Assembly (NCBI GenBank): GCA_017889745.1
Contig: JAGGAG010000003.1
Location: forward strand, 1 to 40,090
Direction: 5' to 3'
Length of the DNA: 40,090 nucleotides
DNA from: Gemmatimonadota bacterium
GTDB taxonomy: Bacteria; Gemmatimonadota; Gemmatimonadetes; Gemmatimonadales; GWC2-71-9
Position numbers and translations under genes: made by a program. Positions 36,374 to 40,090 of the stretch are shown one piece after another. Numbering within the stretch: position 1 is the first letter of the stretch; the number at the start of each line of letters is the position of its first letter. A model generated the notes under the pieces. That model searched no databases. It was not told where the DNA came from and saw only the letters and a list, made by a program, of their open reading frames with translations.

Positions 36374-37444
36374 TCATCTGGGCACGAAGTCCATCTCCTT
36401 CTTGACCCGCCTGCAGAAGGCCGCCAGCAGCTTCGCGGCGTTCTCGACATCGTCCAGCAGGACCATTTCGTTCGGGCTGTGCATGTAGCGCAGCGGCACC
36501 GACACGAGCCCCGTTGCCACGCCACGGTGGCTGTTGAAGATCGCCTCGGCATCCGTATGGGTGTCGCGCGAAGCGGCCTCGATCGAGTAGGGGATCTTCT
36601 CCGCCTCGGCGGCCTCGATCAGCTGTTCCGCGACCATGCTGCTGAGCGATGCCCCGCGCCCAATCACCGGGCCGCCGCCCAGGCGGTACTCCCCGTGCTT
36701 CCGCTTCTCGAGGCCGGGATAGTCGGTGGCATGCGTCACGTCCACCACGAGGGCCGCGACCGCCTGCAGGTCGGACGCCGAGGTCCTGGCACCGCCACCG
36801 GTGTGAGAGATCTCCTCGCGCGTCGTGGCGACCGCCGTGACCGCCGCCGCCGTGGGGCCGCCCGCCTTGAGCAGGCGGAGTGTCTCGAGTACCACGAAGG
36901 CTCCCACGCGATTGTCGAGGCTCCGGCTCACGAGGCGGCCGTTGGGCATCTCGAGCGGTCCGGCTGCGAGTACGCCAGGGTCGCCCATCCGGACGTGCGT
37001 CTCGGCTTCCGCCCTGCTGGTGGCACCGATGTCGATCCAGAGGTCCTCGATCTTCGACACCTTCTCGCGCTCGTCCTTCTCCATCAGGTGGATCGCCTTC
37101 TTGCCGACCACCCCGACAATGTGGCCCGTGCGGCCCAGCAGCGTCACCCGCTGCCCGACGAAGACCTGCGCATCCCACCCGCCGATCCCGTCGAAACTCA
37201 GATATCCCTGGTCGTCGATGTGGGTGATGATGACGCCGATCTCGTCGATATGACCGGCCAGCATGACTGCGGGCCCGCCGCTCCCCGCCAGGGTCGCGTA
37301 CGAGTTGCCCGCGACGTCGCCGCGGACGGCAGGGGTCAGCTTCCCCGCCTCCACGCGCCAGAGGCGCGCCGGCGCAATTTCGTAGGAGGATGGCCCGGGC
37401 GTGCCGAGCAGTGTCTTGAGGAACTTGAGTGAGGTGTCGTCCAT
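36374..37444 (-). CDS. M42 family metallopeptidase
   Basis: PGPSSYE, AGHIDEIG, GIGGWD, LWIDIGA, SLDNRVG, TREE, VDVTHA, TDA, VPLRYMHSPNE. Confidence 0.94.
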   Translation of the reverse strand: MDDTSLKFLKTLLGTPGPSSYEIAPARLWRVEAGKLTPAVRGDVAGNSYATLAGSGGPAVMLAGHIDEIGVIITHIDDQGYLSFDGIGGWDAQVFVGQRVTLLGRTGHIVGVVGKKAIHLMEKDEREKVSKIEDLWIDIGATSRAEAETHVRMGDPGVLAAGPLEMPNGRLVSRSLDNRVGAFVVLETLRLLKAGGPTAAAVTAVATTREEISHTGGGARTSASDLQAVAALVVDVTHATDYPGLEKRKHGEYRLGGGPVIGRGASLSSMVAEQLIEAAEAEKIPYSIEAASRDTHTDAEAIFNSHRGVATGLVSVPLRYMHSPNEMVLLDDVENAAKLLAAFCRRVKKEMDFVPR

Positions 37445-37477
37445 GGCCGGCAAAGATATCCCGATCCGCGTTGTTCG

Positions 37478-39103
37478 TCAGGCCGGTGCCGCGGGGGCAC
37501 CCAGAGTGAGGTGGCCGAGGCCCTGCCGCATCGCCTCGATGTCGAGCTCGCGCTCGATGTGGTGCATGACGTCGTCGCTGATCTCGCCGTTGTTCCGCAG
37601 CGCGATGAGCGCGCGGCGCTCCGCCGTGAGCGCCTCCTGGCGCAGCCGGCGCTGTGCGTCGGCCTGCTCCACGCTGCACTCCGGATCCAGTGCCGCGTCG
37701 GGGTGGAAGCGCTGGAGCCGGTGCTCGTAGTGCGCACGCACCTGGGTGGCGATCGACGGCGGCACCCAGTCTTCCTGCGCCACCTGATCCACCCGCGCGA
37801 TGGCGGCGCGAGCCGCCTGTTCCCGGGCCAGGCGCTGCTCCTTCTCGAAGCTGTCGTCTTCGTTCGAGAGGCCGAGCAGTCGCGCGAGGGGTGTCAGGGT
37901 GAGGCCCTGGGCCACCAGCGTGCCGAGAATCACGACGAACGTGATGAGGATGAGCTCGGATCGGTGGGGCATCGGCGCGCCGCCCGCCACCGTCAGCGGC
38001 AGCGCCAGGGCGGTGGCCAGGGAGACGATGCCGCGCATCCCCGTCCAGCCCACGATGAAGATGTAGCGCGCCGGCGGCAGGGGGTTCTTCTCCCGGTACC
38101 GCCGGCCGAGCCGCACCAGCCGCGCGCCGATCGGCATCCAGAGCAGCCGCACCACGATGGCCGCGAGCGTGATGATCACGCCCCAGCGCAACACCTGTCC
38201 CGTGCTGCTTGCGGCCAGCGAGCGGCGCAGCGGCCCGAGCTGGAGCCCGATCAGGATGAAGATCACGCCGTTCAGCAGGAAGATCACGAGTTCCCAGACG
38301 CTGCGTGCCTCCAGCCGCACTATCGGCGCTACCTCGGCACTGAAGTGCTGCCGCACATACAGCCCGCCAGTGACGCACGCGAGCACCGCCGAAGCATGCA
38401 GGCGCTCGGCCGCGATCCAGGCGACGTACGGTCCGAGAAGGGTAAGCGCGATCTGGCCGTAGCCTTCGGGCATGTGCCGGATGGCCCATCGCGTGGCCCA
38501 GCCCGCGGCGAACCCGACCAGCACGCCGACGACGGCGACCACGACGAAGTCCGCGACGGTGGCACCGAGCGAGAACGTGCCGGATACGAGCGCCACCACG
38601 GCGGCGCGGTAGAGCACGAGCGCACTGGCGTCGTTCACCAGGCTCTCCCCCTCGAGCACCGTGATGACCCTCCGTGGGACCCCGATGCGGCTCATCACCG
38701 CCGTGGCCGCCACCGCATCGGGCGGCGACACGATGGCGCCGAGGCACAAGGCCGCCGCCCAGCTGATGCCTGGAATGATCGTGTGCGCCACCCAGCCGAT
38801 CACCAGGGTGGTGAGCAGCACCAGCCCGATGGCGAGCGCGCCGATCGCCCGGAGGTTGCGCTTGAAGTCCCGGAGCGAGGTGAAGTAGGCGGCGCTCCAC
38901 AGGATCGGCGGGAGGAACACCACGAACACCAGGTCGGGTTGGAGCGCCACCTCGGGCATGCCCGGAATGAACGCGATGGCGAGGCCGCCGAGCACGAGGA
39001 GGATCGGATAGGGCACGAGCAACCGGCGAGCGAGTGCCGTGAGTCCGAGCATCGCGGCCAGGAGCACGACGAAGAGCTCGGCCCGCGCGAAGGTCTCGCT
39101 CAC
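37478..39103 (-). CDS. CPA1 family Na+/H+ antiporter
   Basis: VFLPPIL, GAIVSPPDAVA, LEGESLVNDA, GMRGIVSLA, QGLTL; GTG start overlaps the upstream stop (GTGA). Confidence 0.93.
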   Translation of the reverse strand: MSETFARAELFVVLLAAMLGLTALARRLLVPYPILLVLGGLAIAFIPGMPEVALQPDLVFVVFLPPILWSAAYFTSLRDFKRNLRAIGALAIGLVLLTTLVIGWVAHTIIPGISWAAALCLGAIVSPPDAVAATAVMSRIGVPRRVITVLEGESLVNDASALVLYRAAVVALVSGTFSLGATVADFVVVAVVGVLVGFAAGWATRWAIRHMPEGYGQIALTLLGPYVAWIAAERLHASAVLACVTGGLYVRQHFSAEVAPIVRLEARSVWELVIFLLNGVIFILIGLQLGPLRRSLAASSTGQVLRWGVIITLAAIVVRLLWMPIGARLVRLGRRYREKNPLPPARYIFIVGWTGMRGIVSLATALALPLTVAGGAPMPHRSELILITFVVILGTLVAQGLTLTPLARLLGLSNEDDSFEKEQRLAREQAARAAIARVDQVAQEDWVPPSIATQVRAHYEHRLQRFHPDAALDPECSVEQADAQRRLRQEALTAERRALIALRNNGEISDDVMHHIERELDIEAMRQGLGHLTLGAPAAPA

Positions 39104-40090
39104 TTGTGGCCGTCCCGCCGGGCACCGAACATGAGATCCTCGAGGTCGATCTCCCGCTCCGCGTCGGCGAGCGTCTGGTCCGTGATGGTTCCCGCGCGCC
39201 ACAGGCTGATCACCGCCTGGCGCTGCGCCTCGATGAGTTCGCTGCGCTGGCTGGCGAGGGCGTCACGTGACGCGTGCGCCACGTCCGGGTCTACCCCGTC
39301 GAGGCTGCGCGCGCGATCCTGCCGCGCGGCGTAGTACGCCCGGTTCATGTCCACCAGCTGGGGGTCGGAGGGGCCGGCCAGGTGGATGGCATCGAGCCGC
39401 GCCACCGACGCATCGAGTGCGGCTCGGCGGGCGAGCAGGAGTTCGCGGGCGCCCTCGCCGTCGCCCTTGAGGCCGAGCCAGCGAATGAGTGGCGCGAGCG
39501 TCAGGCCCTGGAGGACGAGCGTCACGAGGATGACCGCGAACGAGATGATGACGATGCGCCCGCGGTAGGGAAGGGACTCTCCGGTCAGGGAGACGGTGGG
39601 CACGGCCAGCGCTGCCGCCAGCGTCACGATGCCGCGCATGCCGGTCCACCCGGCCATCAGCATCCACCCCCGCGGTGGCAGCGGAGCCTGGCGCCGGCTC
39701 GGCAGGAGCAGGCGCGCTCCGTAGGTCGTGAGCGGCAGCCACGCGAGCCGGACGAGGATGACCGTGGCGCACACCGCCACGGTCGCCAGCGCGATGGCCC
39801 CGAGCCCGCCCGGCGGCAGGTCGACCGCGAGCTGCGGCCATTCGAGGCCCAACTGGACGAAGATGAACCCGTTGAGCACGAATACGAACAGTCGCCACAC
39901 CTCGTCGGTCTGCACCCGCGTCGCGGACGACCCGCCCGTGAGGAAGTGCCGTCGCATCGTGAGGCCGCAGGCCACGCAGGACAGCACCGCGGATGCACCC
40001 ACCTTTTCACCCAGGATCCACGAGATGTACGCGGCGAGCACCGTCAGGGCCACGTTGCTGACGCTGTCGCGCGTGAGCCGTGACACCAGG
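39100..40090 (-). CDS. Second CPA1 family Na+/H+ antiporter (5' part outside window)
   Basis: ASAVLSCVACGL, LNGFIFVQLG, GMRGIVTLAAAL, LVLQGLTL, EREIDLE. Confidence 0.9.
   Translation of the reverse strand, partial: LVSRLTRDSVSNVALTVLAAYISWILGEKVGASAVLSCVACGLTMRRHFLTGGSSATRVQTDEVWRLFVFVLNGFIFVQLGLEWPQLAVDLPPGGLGAIALATVAVCATVILVRLAWLPLTTYGARLLLPSRRQAPLPPRGWMLMAGWTGMRGIVTLAAALAVPTVSLTGESLPYRGRIVIISFAVILVTLVLQGLTLAPLIRWLGLKGDGEGARELLLARRAALDASVARLDAIHLAGPSDPQLVDMNRAYYAARQDRARSLDGVDPDVAHASRDALASQRSELIEAQRQAVISLWRAGTITDQTLADAEREIDLEDLMFGARRDGHK

Noticed and set aside
36360-39125. Long alternative-frame ORFs (921 aa here; also 13367-15397, 19539-21212, 29725-31434, 37511-39334, 3435-4802)
   Set aside because: They are shadow ORFs of high-GC coding DNA, rich in Arg/Gly/Ala/His, and overlap genes with clear family motifs.
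1-40090. Mobile elements, prophage, tRNA or rRNA genes
   Set aside because: I recognised no transposase, integrase or phage motifs, no cloverleaf or rRNA-like sequence, and no obvious compositional island by eye.

Overview
A very GC-rich, gene-dense chromosomal window. The gene content and lineage-type hypothetical proteins suggest Gemmatimonadota, but this is inference. About 42 CDS are supported, mostly housekeeping or envelope genes: a GT4 glycosyltransferase (partial), an orphan MCP, leuS-VKOR, a thrC-like/MoaD-like/MoeZ operon, ferritin-like-VIT1, two ECF sigma/anti-sigma modules, a prephenate dehydratase-DAHP synthase fusion, yggX, fabH, a MacAB-TolC-type exporter, fadL plus an SGNH lipoprotein, a cyclophilin, nth-polX, a GAF protein, M28 and M42 peptidases, a HEAT-repeat protein and tandem CPA1 antiporters. 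I saw no rRNA, tRNA, CRISPR array or mobile element. The most interesting signals are non-coding and are missed by the ORF track. (1) A 26-codon, apparently leaderless peptide with a W-Y-F-F-F run, an antiterminator and a terminator sits upstream of the PheA-DAHP synthase fusion; it looks like one attenuator sensing all three aromatic amino acids. (2) A SAM-II riboswitch followed by an intrinsic terminator sits upstream of the thrC-like/sulfur-carrier/MoeZ operon, pointing to a sulfur-carrier route to homocysteine/methionine rather than threonine synthesis. Also notable are a polymerase-dead PolX coupled to nth, a secreted protein with 14-aa Q/N/V repeats, and a probable CTG start codon.
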